Assembly (NCBI GenBank): GCA_041480065.1
Contig: JBGOZF010000019.1
Coordinates: forward strand, 1,194-65,193
Direction: 5' to 3'
DNA from: Rhodocyclaceae bacterium
GTDB taxonomy: Bacteria; Pseudomonadota; Gammaproteobacteria; Burkholderiales; Rhodocyclaceae
Length of the DNA stretch: 64,000 nucleotides
Shown here: piece after piece, positions 38,143 through 48,008 of the stretch
Layout of the letters: each line of letters starts with the position of its first letter
Position numbering within the stretch: the stretch's first letter is position 1
Notes under the pieces: generated by a model
What the model was told of the DNA's origin: nothing
Seen by the model: only the letters and a program-made list of their open reading frames with translations
Databases searched by the model: none
Program-made: the position numbers and the translations under genes

Positions 38143-39894
38143 ATGCCGGAAGTCCTGGTCAAGCTCCTGTTCGTCGAGGATGTCGAAGACGATGTATTGC
38201 TCATCGTTCGCCAACTCCGCCAGGGGGGCCTGATAGTCGATTACCAGCGAGTCGACTCGGCCAGGACACTCGAAGCTGCGCTCGACCAGCGCGATTGGGA
38301 CATCGTCGTCACCGATCACAACATGCCCGGTTTCGACTCCGGCGCCGCGCTCGAAATCGTGCGCCACCACAATCCCGACCTGCCCGTGATCATCGTCTCC
38401 GGCAGCATCGGCGAGGAAGTGGCGGTCGAGGCGATGCGCATGGGCGCCAAAGACTACATCATGAAGGACAACCTGCGTCGACTGGTGCCGGCGGTCCGGC
38501 GCGAACTCGACGACGCCGGCGCCAGGCAAGGCCGCCGCGAGGCGGAAGCCGCCATGCAGCATCTGGCGCTGCACGACTCGCTCACGGGGCTAAAGAATCG
38601 AACCAGTTTCCAGCGTGGGCTGGAAAGGCTGCTTGATCAAGCCCGGCGCCAGGACACCCGGCACAGCCTGCTGTTCCTGGACCTGGACCAGTTCAAGGTC
38701 GTGAACGACACCTGCGGCCACCTGGCCGGCGACGAGATGCTCAAGCAACTGGCGGGCGTGCTGCAGCGCTCCATCCGCACCAACGACCATTTGGCGCGCC
38801 TGGGTGGCGACGAGTTCTGCATCCTGCTCGAGAACTGCGTATTGGAACGCGCCCGGGAAATCGCCGAAACCTTGCGCATCGCGGTGCACGATTTCCGCTT
38901 TCTCTGGAACGGCAAGTTCTTTTCCGTCGGCGTCAGCATCGGCATCGTCGGCATCGATCGCAGCAGCGGCAGCGCCAACGACATCCTGAGCGCCGCCGAC
39001 ATTGCCTGCTATGCCGCGAAGGACCGTGGTCGCGACGCGATCCAGGTCTACGAGCGGGATGATCTGGAACTGACCCGGCGGCGCGGCGAGATGGACTGGG
39101 TGAGCCGTATCGACGACGCGCTGGACGGCGGCCATTTCCAGTTGTGGCGCCAGCCCATCCGCTCCCTCGCCGAAGGCGGCGAGAACCGGGTTCATCATTA
39201 CGAACTGCTGTTGCGCATGCTTGACCAGGACGGTACCGTCGTGCTTCCCGGCGCCTTCCTGCCGGCGGCGGAACGCTATGACCGCATGCGCGATATCGAC
39301 CGCTGGGTGGTCGACAATGCGCTCAAGTATGTCGGCGAGCATCAGGAATCCGGCGAACAGTTTCACGCCATCAATCTGTCCGGCGCGTCGATGGGCGACG
39401 ACAGCCTGCGCGAATTCGTCGGCGACCGGATGACGGCGCACGGCGTCGATCCGCGCAGCATCTGTTTCGAGGTCACGGAGACCGTGGCCATCGGCAACTT
39501 CAAGGCGGCGGTCGATTTCATGCAGAACCTGCGCCGGATCGGCTGCCGCTTTGCCCTCGACGACTTCGGCAGCGGCCTCAGTTCGTTCGCCTATCTCAAA
39601 TCGCTGCCGGTGGATTTCATCAAGATCGACGGCAGATTCATCCGCACCCTAGGCACCGATCCCATGGACCGTGCCATCGTCGAGGCCATCCATCGCGTGG
39701 CGCACGTCGCCAACTTGCGCACCATTGCCGAATTCGTCGAGGATGTCACAGTCATTGACGTACTGCGCGACATCGGCGTGGACTTCGCCCAGGGTTATGC
39801 CATCGGCCGGCCGGAACCGCTACCGATACGTGGCCGGCCGGCCAGAGTGGCCGGGTTGCCCGGAATGGTCCTCTCGGGGAAGAGGACATCATGA
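38143..39894 (+). CDS. Response regulator with REC-GGDEF-EAL architecture (c-di-GMP turnover)
   Basis: REC (LLFVEDVEDD...IVVTDHNMPG...KDYIMKD). GGDEF (RLGGDEFCILL). EAL domain (YELLLRM...DDFGSGLSSFAYLKSLPVDFIKID). Starts 5 nt after the REC gene. Confidence 0.85.
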   Translation: MPEVLVKLLFVEDVEDDVLLIVRQLRQGGLIVDYQRVDSARTLEAALDQRDWDIVVTDHNMPGFDSGAALEIVRHHNPDLPVIIVSGSIGEEVAVEAMRMGAKDYIMKDNLRRLVPAVRRELDDAGARQGRREAEAAMQHLALHDSLTGLKNRTSFQRGLERLLDQARRQDTRHSLLFLDLDQFKVVNDTCGHLAGDEMLKQLAGVLQRSIRTNDHLARLGGDEFCILLENCVLERAREIAETLRIAVHDFRFLWNGKFFSVGVSIGIVGIDRSSGSANDILSAADIACYAAKDRGRDAIQVYERDDLELTRRRGEMDWVSRIDDALDGGHFQLWRQPIRSLAEGGENRVHHYELLLRMLDQDGTVVLPGAFLPAAERYDRMRDIDRWVVDNALKYVGEHQESGEQFHAINLSGASMGDDSLREFVGDRMTAHGVDPRSICFEVTETVAIGNFKAAVDFMQNLRRIGCRFALDDFGSGLSSFAYLKSLPVDFIKIDGRFIRTLGTDPMDRAIVEAIHRVAHVANLRTIAEFVEDVTVIDVLRDIGVDFAQGYAIGRPEPLPIRGRPARVAGLPGMVLSGKRTS

Positions 39895-42029
39895 ACGTTT
39901 CCGCCTGCCTGCTGCGCGTCCTGTTGCTCGCCGCCGGCGCCTTGCCGCTGACCGCCAGCGCCGAAGATCCGCTGCTGCTGATGCTCTCCGGCGACGAGCA
40001 GCTCGTCAGCATCGCCACCGGATCGCCGCGGCCAGTGTCCAAAGCACCTTCGACGGCCACCGTCATCACCGCCGACGACATCAAGGCCACCGGCGCCACC
40101 GATTTGAGCGAAGTGCTGGAGACGGTGCCCGGGCTTCATGTCTCCCGAAGCGGCTTCCTTTGGAGGCCGCTCTATTCGATCCGCGGCATCCTCACGCAAT
40201 ACAACCCGGAAGTGTTGGTCATGCTCAACGGCATTCCGATCACGAACGGCTTCTACGGCAATCGCGGTCAGTTGATGGGCGGGTTTCCCATCGAGCATAT
40301 TTCCCGCATCGAAGTCATTCGTGGCCCGGGTTCAGCCCTGTATGGCGCCGAGGCGGTATCGGGCGTGATCAACATCGTCACCAAGACTGCCGACGAAATT
40401 GACGGCACCGAAACAGGTCTGCGCGCGGGCTCCTTCCGCAGCTACGACGGCTGGATCCAGCACGGCGGCAAGTGGGGCGAGATCGATGTCGCTGCCTACC
40501 TGCGTTTGGGCAGCACCGCCGGCTCCCGCCGTACGGTGGAAGCCGATGCCCAGACCTTGCTCGATGGCAAATCCGGCACGCACGCTTCCAATGCACCGGG
40601 GCCCGTCAATGTCGGCTCCGACTCAATCGACGCGCGGCTGGATGTATCGCACGACAAATGGCGCTTTCGCGGCGGATATATCGGTCGCCCCAACAATCAT
40701 GGAACAGGCACAGGCGTCGCGGACGCATTGGACCCGATAACCAAGGCTGACGCGTATTACGCCAACGCCGATCTGACCTGGCATGACGCCAAGTTCAGCC
40801 AGAACTGGGATGTCTCCATCCAAGCGAGCTACTACGACATCGCGGAAACCAATTCCGACGTCACCCTGTTTCCGGCCGGTTCCGCATTGCCGCTGCCGCT
40901 TCCGGGTGGTGCACCGTCCGCCATCGGCATGGTCGGGCGGCCCCAGCACTGGGAACGACAGGAGCGCCTGAATCTGGCGGCGCTCTACGCCGGCTTCGAG
41001 AAGCACAAGCTGCGACTGGGCGCCGGCTACAACCTGGACGATATGTACAAGGTCACCGAAACCAAGAATTTCACTTTCGTAACCCTCCCGGTACTGGGAA
41101 ACGTGCCGATTTGCCTGGACCTCAACTGCTCGACGGTCGCGGCCACCCCGTCGAATGGCCTCTACTTCCTGACCCCGCACGCGCGCCGCTCGGTGTACGC
41201 TTATGCCCAGGACGAGTGGCTTCTGGCGCCCGACTGGTATCTGACCGCCGGTCTGCGCCAAGACCATTACTCGGATTTCGGCAGCACCACCAATCCGCGC
41301 GCCGCCCTGGTCTGGGATACCGCCTACAACCTCACCAGCAAACTGATGTTCGGCCGTGCCTTTCGTGCGCCGTCCTTCGTCGAGCTATACACGATCAACA
41401 ACCCGACGGCCCTCGGCAATCCGAATCTCAAGCCCGAGACCATCAGCACGACGGAACTGGCCTTCTCCTGGCAAGCGAAGCCCAACCTCAAGACCGGCCT
41501 CAACCTGTTCCATTACCGGATGAAAGACGTGATCCGCTTCGTCTCCAATGCCGATCCGACGACCGGCAGCACGGCCCAAAATGCGGGCAATCAGCACGGC
41601 AGGGGCCTGGAACTGGAATTCACCTGGGGCGCCGCGGACGATCTTAGGTTATCGGGCAACTATGCCTATCAACATTCGATCGACGAGAACACCAACCAGG
41701 ATGCCGGCCTGGCGCCCCACCACCATGCCTATCTGCGCACAGATTGGCGCTTCATTCCCGGTTGGACGCTAAGCGGCCAGGTGAATTGGGTCGCCGATCG
41801 CATGCGCCAAGCTATCGACAGCCGTCCGAAGATCGCCGACTACACCACCGCCGACCTGACCCTGCGCACCACGCAACTGCGCAAGGATTGGGAATTCGCG
41901 TTCTCGGTGCGCAACCTGTTCAACGTCGATGCCCGCGAGCCGACCGCGGAATCCTCTGCTGCCAATATTCCCAATGACCTGCCGCTGCCCGGACGCAGCC
42001 TCTATCTTGAGTTGCGTTACCGCCTGTAG
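39891..42029 (+). CDS. TonB-dependent-receptor-like outer membrane protein, paralog 1 (plug + 22-strand barrel-like region)
   Basis: Signal peptide. Plug motifs ATVITADDIKATGATDLSEVLETVPG and IEVIRGPGSALYGAEAVSGVINIVTK. Long barrel region with NP.LKPE and FRAPSF(V/I)E motifs. ATGA overlap with the GGDEF-EAL stop. The C-terminal residue is Leu rather than the usual Phe/Trp. Confidence 0.8.
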   Translation: MNVSACLLRVLLLAAGALPLTASAEDPLLLMLSGDEQLVSIATGSPRPVSKAPSTATVITADDIKATGATDLSEVLETVPGLHVSRSGFLWRPLYSIRGILTQYNPEVLVMLNGIPITNGFYGNRGQLMGGFPIEHISRIEVIRGPGSALYGAEAVSGVINIVTKTADEIDGTETGLRAGSFRSYDGWIQHGGKWGEIDVAAYLRLGSTAGSRRTVEADAQTLLDGKSGTHASNAPGPVNVGSDSIDARLDVSHDKWRFRGGYIGRPNNHGTGTGVADALDPITKADAYYANADLTWHDAKFSQNWDVSIQASYYDIAETNSDVTLFPAGSALPLPLPGGAPSAIGMVGRPQHWERQERLNLAALYAGFEKHKLRLGAGYNLDDMYKVTETKNFTFVTLPVLGNVPICLDLNCSTVAATPSNGLYFLTPHARRSVYAYAQDEWLLAPDWYLTAGLRQDHYSDFGSTTNPRAALVWDTAYNLTSKLMFGRAFRAPSFVELYTINNPTALGNPNLKPETISTTELAFSWQAKPNLKTGLNLFHYRMKDVIRFVSNADPTTGSTAQNAGNQHGRGLELEFTWGAADDLRLSGNYAYQHSIDENTNQDAGLAPHHHAYLRTDWRFIPGWTLSGQVNWVADRMRQAIDSRPKIADYTTADLTLRTTQLRKDWEFAFSVRNLFNVDAREPTAESSAANIPNDLPLPGRSLYLELRYRL

Positions 42030-42068
42030 CCGCATGATCGGCGCGATTCTCTCGGACAGGAAGACATC

Positions 42069-44207
42069 ATGAGCGCCGATTGCCACTGCCTGCTGCGTCT
42101 GGCGTTGTTCGCCGCAGGGGCATTCCCGCTGGCCGCAAGCGCCGAAGATCCGCTCCTGCTGATGCTGTCCGGCGACGAGCAGCTCGTCAGCCTCGCCACC
42201 GGGTCGCCGCGGCCGGTCTCCAAGGCGCCTTCGACGGCCACTGTCATCACCGCCGACGACATCAAGGCCACGGGCGCCACCGATTTGAGCGAAGTGCTGG
42301 AGACCGTGCCTGGGCTTCATGTCTCCCGCAGCGACTTCCTTTGGAAGCCGCTCTATTCGATCCGCGGCATCCTCACGCAGATGAACCCGGAAGTGCTGGT
42401 GATGCTGAACGGCGTCCCCATGACCACTGGCCTCTATGGCGACCGGGGTCGCCTGATGGCCGGCTTCCCGCTCGAGCATGTTTCCCGTATCGAGGTGATA
42501 CGAGGCCCGGGTTCGGCGCTGTACGGTGCCGAGGCTGTGTCGGGCGTCATCAATATTGTCACCAAGACCGCCAAAGAAATTGACGGCACCGAAACAGGTC
42601 TGCGCGCGGGCTCCTTCGACACCTACGACGGCTGGGTCCAGCACGGCGGCAAGTGGGGTGAGGTCGATGTCGCCGCCTACCTGCGCTTGGGGCACACCGC
42701 GGGCTTTCGCCGTACAGTGACGGCCGACGCCCAGACCGCACTCGATAGCGCGTTCGGCACCCACGCTTCCAATGCACCAGGGCCAATCAATACCGGTTAC
42801 GACTCCATCGACGCACGGCTGGATCTATCGTACGACAAGTGGCGCTTTCGCACCGGCTACATCGGTCGCCCCAACAATCATGCACTTGGCGCTGGCGTCG
42901 CGGATGCGCTCGACCCAATATCCGCGGCTAACGCGCATTACGCAAACGCCGATCTGACCTGGCATGACGCCAAGTTCAGCCAGAACTGGGATATCACGGT
43001 CCAGGCAAGCTATTACGACATCGCCGAGACCAACAGCGACGTCATCCTGTTTCCGGCCGGTTCTGCGCTGCCATTGCCGCTGACCGGCGGCAGGGGTTCC
43101 ACCATAGGCATGGTCGGACGGCCCCAGAATTGGGAACGGCAGGAACGACTGAACCTGTCGGCTCTCTATGGCGGATTCGAAAAGCACAAGCTGCGCGTCG
43201 GGGCCGGCTACAACGTGGACGACGTGTACAAGACCACTGAGACCAAGAACTTCACGTTCGATGGCATCTGGCCGGTGTGCATCAACCTCGACTGCTCGAC
43301 AGTCACGGCCACCCAGGCCAACGGACTGCTCTACCTGTCGCCGCATCTACGCCGCTCCCACTACGCATACGCCCAGGACGAATGGGGCTTAGCACCCGAC
43401 TGGACCCTGACAGCCGGATTGCGCCACGACCGCTATTCCGATTTCGGCGGCACCACCAATCCGCGCCTCGCCGTCGTCTGGGACACGGCCTACAACCTGA
43501 CCACCAAGCTGATGTTCGGCCGGGCCTTCCGGGCACCCAGCTTCATCGAGTTCTACAGCATCAACAACCCGGTGTCGCGCGGCAATCCGAATCTCAAGCC
43601 CGAGACCATCAGCACGACGGAACTGGCCTTCGCGTGGCAAGCAAAGCCCAACCTCAAGACCGGCCTCAACCTGTTCCATTACCGGATGAAGGACGTGATC
43701 CGCTGGATCGCGAATGCCGACCCCACCACCGGCAAGACCGCCCAGAACGCCGGCAACCAGCACGGCAGCGGTCTGGAGCTGGAATTCGCCTGGGATGCAT
43801 CCAGCGATCTGCGGCTATCCGGAAACTACGCCTACCAGCGCTCCATCGACGAGAACACGAATCAGGATGCCGGCCTGGCGCCGCATCATCATGCCTATCT
43901 GCGCACGGATTGGCGCTTCGTTCCAGGCTGGACGCTGAGTGGCCAGGTAAACTGGGTCGCGGATCGGATGCGCCAGGCCATCGATAACCGTCCGAAGATT
44001 TCCGACTACACCACCGCCGACCTGACCTTGCGTACCGGCGAGTTGCGCAAGGACTGGGAACTCGCTTTCTCGGTGCGCAACCTGTTCAACGCCGATGCCC
44101 GCGAGCCGACACCGGGACCGAGCACCCCCGGTACTCCGCCCAACATTCCCAACGACCTGCCCCTGCCCGGACGCAGCATCTATGTTGAGTTGCGAATTCG
44201 ACACTGA
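42069..44207 (+). CDS. TonB-dependent-receptor-like outer membrane protein, paralog 2 (tandem duplicate of 39891-42029)
   Basis: Same length (712 aa) and the same motifs. By eye well above 80% nucleotide identity over the 5' half. The duplicated unit includes about 22 nt upstream of the ATG. Confidence 0.8.
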   Translation: MSADCHCLLRLALFAAGAFPLAASAEDPLLLMLSGDEQLVSLATGSPRPVSKAPSTATVITADDIKATGATDLSEVLETVPGLHVSRSDFLWKPLYSIRGILTQMNPEVLVMLNGVPMTTGLYGDRGRLMAGFPLEHVSRIEVIRGPGSALYGAEAVSGVINIVTKTAKEIDGTETGLRAGSFDTYDGWVQHGGKWGEVDVAAYLRLGHTAGFRRTVTADAQTALDSAFGTHASNAPGPINTGYDSIDARLDLSYDKWRFRTGYIGRPNNHALGAGVADALDPISAANAHYANADLTWHDAKFSQNWDITVQASYYDIAETNSDVILFPAGSALPLPLTGGRGSTIGMVGRPQNWERQERLNLSALYGGFEKHKLRVGAGYNVDDVYKTTETKNFTFDGIWPVCINLDCSTVTATQANGLLYLSPHLRRSHYAYAQDEWGLAPDWTLTAGLRHDRYSDFGGTTNPRLAVVWDTAYNLTTKLMFGRAFRAPSFIEFYSINNPVSRGNPNLKPETISTTELAFAWQAKPNLKTGLNLFHYRMKDVIRWIANADPTTGKTAQNAGNQHGSGLELEFAWDASSDLRLSGNYAYQRSIDENTNQDAGLAPHHHAYLRTDWRFVPGWTLSGQVNWVADRMRQAIDNRPKISDYTTADLTLRTGELRKDWELAFSVRNLFNADAREPTPGPSTPGTPPNIPNDLPLPGRSIYVELRIRH

Positions 44208-45144
44208 CGGACGGCTCCGCGCCAGGCGCTTGCTCGCACTCGCCGCCACTGCGCTCTGCCTGCTGTCGCTCGCCGGCGGCGCGCGAGCGGAAACTCGCAT
44301 CAGCGTGCTCTATCCCGAATCCGCCACGCCTGTTGTCAGGCTCTACCAAACCATCGTGGAAGGCATGGCCCGGGCGGGCGACGTGCGCCTGCAAAGCCGC
44401 GCGATTTCCGAAAGGGATTCCCCCGAGGAAATCAAAGCCTGGGTTTCAGCCAACCAGAGTCAGGTGGCCGTCGTCCTCGGCGATTTGCCGCTGGCGGTGA
44501 CCGGATCGCTGGCCACGACGATGCCGCTGATCTATGGCGCCGGCGCCTTGAGCGACAATGCCCGCCCCGGCGTCAGCCTGGCTTCCAGCCCGGCTCAGAT
44601 GTTCAGCCGCCTCCGGCAGATCAAACCCGACGTCGAGCGGGTGTTCGTGGTCTACAAGCCGCAGGCGACCGGCTGGCTGATCGCTGCCGGCCGCGCGGCT
44701 GCACGCGATCAGGGCCTCGAACTGGTCGCCAGTGCCTGCGACGACGTCCAGCAGGCAGGGGCGGCGTTCGGCCGCATCCTGCAACAGGCACGACCCGGCA
44801 AGGATGCCATCTGGCTCACGCTGGATCCGGTCGTACCGGTCAACCAGTTGTTGCCGGTGTTGTTGCGCGAGTCCTGGGACAAACACCTGGTACTGTTCTC
44901 CAACAACCCCGTGGACGTGGCCAAGGGTGCGCTGTTCGCGCTCTATCCCGACTACCCGACCATGGGGCGGCAACTCGCCGAGCGGGCCAAACGCCAACTG
45001 GCAAGACCTTCCCAGGCCGGCCCCGAAGCCAGCGAACACTTGAACGCAGCACTGAATACGCGCACGGCCTCCCATCTGGGTATCGTGCTGGGTGAGCAAC
45101 AGCAGCAGGCGTTCGACCGGATCTTTCCGGAGACCGACAAGTGA
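44182..45144 (+). CDS. Periplasmic binding protein of the uncharacterised ABC-type substrate-binding family (PF04392-like), often partnered with sensor kinases
   Basis: Signal peptide RRLLALAATALCLLSLAGGARA. RISVLYPES...VAVVLGDLPL...VFVVYKP... is an SBP-like alpha/beta fold. The first ATG lies 26 nt inside the TBDR2 3' end, so the start is uncertain. Confidence 0.55.
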   Translation: MLSCEFDTDGRLRARRLLALAATALCLLSLAGGARAETRISVLYPESATPVVRLYQTIVEGMARAGDVRLQSRAISERDSPEEIKAWVSANQSQVAVVLGDLPLAVTGSLATTMPLIYGAGALSDNARPGVSLASSPAQMFSRLRQIKPDVERVFVVYKPQATGWLIAAGRAAARDQGLELVASACDDVQQAGAAFGRILQQARPGKDAIWLTLDPVVPVNQLLPVLLRESWDKHLVLFSNNPVDVAKGALFALYPDYPTMGRQLAERAKRQLARPSQAGPEASEHLNAALNTRTASHLGIVLGEQQQQAFDRIFPETDK

Positions 45145-46658
45145 AGACGACGCGCCTGGCCGATCGGCTCGGACAGCTTAGCGTACGCAAGTCGCTGGCG
45201 CTCGCGACCATTCCCCTGACATTGCTCGGCGCGCTGGCCATCGGCCTGGTCACGGCCGCGCTGTCTACCGAAGAGGTCGCCCAGTACCACGTCCGTGCCG
45301 GTGAGCAGATGACAGCCACGCTTGCGCAGCGCAGCGACCTGGCATTGTTGTATGAAAGCAGCACCGCCATCGCCGAGACGGCCGATTCGCTTTTGAGCAA
45401 TCCGCTGGTGCGAGAAATCCGCGTCGTCGGAAAGACGGGCAAATTGCTTTTCAGCAAGACCAACGGCGCAAGCCATCCATGGAGCTACCCCGCCGCGCCG
45501 AGAGAAGGGACGGCCACGGCGGAACTGGACGACGTCTGGGTATTCGCGCGGCAAGTCAGGACCGCGGCGCCGACGTCGACCGATCCGCAGATACCGGAAG
45601 CAGCGCTGCTCGGAAACACCGGCAACGAAGTCCTGGGCGAGGTTCAACTCGCGCTCGGCAAGGATGCGCTGGTCAAGGCGCGCAGCATCATCTTCTTCGG
45701 CAACCTGTTCACCGCCCTGGGGTTCTCGCTGCTGGTGGTGATCGCCATGCTGCTGCTGGTGCGCAGATTCAGCCGCCCTCTCGAGGCCTTGGCCGACGCC
45801 ATGCGTGAAGCCCGCGACGGCGGCTGGACGGAACCCGAGCGGCTCGATGGGCCACGCGAAATCCGCGAGATCAGCGAAAGCTACAACGCGTTGATGAATA
45901 CCTTGCGCTCGCGCGAGGAAGAACTGCGCGACTTCAACCAGGACCTCGAAGACCGCATCCGCCAGCGTACCCAGGCGCTCGAAGCCGCCAACAAGGAACT
46001 GGAGGCCTTCAGTTACTCCGCCTCTCACGACCTGCGCGCGCCGCTGCGCGCGATCGACGGCTTCGGCAAGGCGCTGCTGGAAGACTACGCGCCATCGCTC
46101 GACCCCACGGCCCAGAATTACCTGAACCGCATGCGCGAGGGGGCCCGGCGCATGAGCGAACTCATCGACAACCTGCTGAAGCTGTCTCGCGTGACGCGCT
46201 ACGAGATGCAACGCACAAACGTGGACATGAGCGAGTTGGCGAGCGTTGTGGTCGCCCAGTTGCGCGAGCAGTATCCCGCCCACCCGGTCGACTTCCGCAT
46301 GTCGCCCAACATGCAGGTCCGGGCGGACCCGAACCTGCTGCGCATCGCGCTCGACAACCTGCTCGGCAACGCCTGGAAATACACCGGCCGGGTGACAAAC
46401 GCCCGCGTGGAGTTCGACCAAATCAGCCGCGACCACGAAACGGTCTATGTGCTGCGCGACAACGGCGCCGGTTTCGACATGCGCTTTGCCGACAAACTAT
46501 TTGGCGCATTCCAGCGCCTGCACGGCAGGGAGTTCGACGGCAACGGCATCGGCCTCGCCATCGTCCAGCGCATCCTGATCCGCCACGGCGGCCGCATCTG
46601 GGCCGAAGCCGAATTGAACAAGGGCGCGTCTTTCTATTTCACGCTGCCGGACTCTTAG
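45141..46658 (+). CDS. Sensor histidine kinase (2 TM, periplasmic domain, HAMP, HisKA, HATPase_c)
   Basis: GTG start overlapping the SBP stop (GTGA). H-box FSYSASHDLRAPLRAI. N/G boxes LLGNAWKYT and DNGAGFDMRFADKLFGAFQRLH...GNGIGLAIVQRI. Confidence 0.85.
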   Translation: MKTTRLADRLGQLSVRKSLALATIPLTLLGALAIGLVTAALSTEEVAQYHVRAGEQMTATLAQRSDLALLYESSTAIAETADSLLSNPLVREIRVVGKTGKLLFSKTNGASHPWSYPAAPREGTATAELDDVWVFARQVRTAAPTSTDPQIPEAALLGNTGNEVLGEVQLALGKDALVKARSIIFFGNLFTALGFSLLVVIAMLLLVRRFSRPLEALADAMREARDGGWTEPERLDGPREIREISESYNALMNTLRSREEELRDFNQDLEDRIRQRTQALEAANKELEAFSYSASHDLRAPLRAIDGFGKALLEDYAPSLDPTAQNYLNRMREGARRMSELIDNLLKLSRVTRYEMQRTNVDMSELASVVVAQLREQYPAHPVDFRMSPNMQVRADPNLLRIALDNLLGNAWKYTGRVTNARVEFDQISRDHETVYVLRDNGAGFDMRFADKLFGAFQRLHGREFDGNGIGLAIVQRILIRHGGRIWAEAELNKGASFYFTLPDS

Positions 46659-46679
46659 GAACAGATCGCAGCCGGGCGC

Positions 46680-47213
46680 CTACCTCTCGGGCGAAATGAC
46701 CGTCGGCGGCGGCACCAGCAAGATCGGCTTGACGGTGGGGGCCGCAGCCGGATCGACGGCCTGTATGACCGATTCCGCAGGGGCGGAGGATGGGAGCGCG
46801 GCGCGAGCTGTCGCTTCGGCCAGCGCCTTTTCGGTCTGGGCGACAATTTCCCGGCCGGTGGCGGCGTCGTAAAACCAGGTCGCGCTCTTGGCCACGGCCC
46901 GCATCCGCGTGCTGTTGGGACTGATGGCCTCGAAGTCGATCTGGATTTCGCGGCCGGCGGCATGGGCAATGATCGGCCCACTGGTATCGGCGGCCGTAGC
47001 ATCCACGCTGATGCCCATCTGCTTCAGCGCATCCAGCGCAGCGTTGCGAACCTCGCGAACCGGAAAAGTGAAAGTGCGATAGATGGTGCCGTTGAGCGTC
47101 TGATTTACGCCCGCCGAGGCGCCGACGCCGAACGCGGTGAGCGCCAGCGACTCGCAGCCGGCCAGCGCGGTCGCCGTGACCATGCAAAGCGCAATTGGAT
47201 AGCGATGCGTCAT
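46680..47213 (-). CDS. Hypothetical lipoprotein
   Basis: MTHRYPIALCMVTATALAGC lipobox, then about 160 aa with no recognised motif. Confidence 0.4.
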   Translation of the reverse strand: MTHRYPIALCMVTATALAGCESLALTAFGVGASAGVNQTLNGTIYRTFTFPVREVRNAALDALKQMGISVDATAADTSGPIIAHAAGREIQIDFEAISPNSTRMRAVAKSATWFYDAATGREIVAQTEKALAEATARAALPSSAPAESVIQAVDPAAAPTVKPILLVPPPTVISPER

Positions 47214-47780
47214 CGACTCCACCTCGAACGGCCAGACAACAATTTTCCCGGGCAGATACAGGCCGGGAGCAATAGTTCCCGACGTCCCGCCACCGTGCGG
47301 CGAGCGGCTTCATCCCGTCATTTCCCGGCAATGCCTGGCGCCGATAGTCCGGGTTTTGATCTGACGAGAACACCCCGGGCTTGATGCGTCGTCCTGTTGC
47401 ATCTCTGCGTAGCTACGCCATCTTCGTTCGCCGGCTGCCCCGGGCGACCGGATTGATTCTCGCCGCCCGGTCGCCCGTGGGACGTTCGATCAAGATCTTC
47501 CTCTTCGGTGTCGGCGCCATCCTGCCGCTGGGTTCGCTGATTTGGGCTTTGCTATTTTGGCACGGCCACGGCATCCGCAGATACAGTCGCGACTGGCGAG
47601 CATGCGCTCCTCGTCGCATGTCGGTAAAGCGTGCTTGAACGGTCGGTGATATTGCTCGCTCTGAAGTCCCGTTGCCTGAACTGCCGTTGGTCTCATGGTA
47701 CTCCGAGGGCTGCAATGGTTCCGGCGGCGGCGATCAAGGTCGCCGAGGCAAGGATGCCTTGGGTGGTACTGTTGGGGTCT

Positions 47781-48008
47781 TTAGGGCCGGAGCGCTCGCG
47801 CTATACTCATGTCATCGCCCAGGCCTTCCCATTGCTCGCTAAGGAAGCTGAGTTGCTGGCACATCATCGCTGCGATCTTCTGGAACGACTCCTGAGGGGT
47901 GCCTGCACGTTGCCTCTCGAAGTCGATCTCGCGCTGAAGCAATATTCCCAGCGGCTTCTTCTCGCCCGAGTTGTTCAAGAACTCTTCGATGGCTCTTTTG
48001 CGGCGCAT
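47781..48008 (-). CDS. Small hypothetical protein (75 aa) in a low-G+C patch
   Basis: Protein-like composition (MRRKRAIEEFLNNSGEKKPLGILLQREIDFERQRAGTPQESFQKIAAMMCQQLSFLSEQWEGLGDD). In-frame stop 27 codons upstream. Weak RBS. No motif recognised. Confidence 0.2.
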   Translation of the reverse strand: MRRKRAIEEFLNNSGEKKPLGILLQREIDFERQRAGTPQESFQKIAAMMCQQLSFLSEQWEGLGDDMSIARALRP

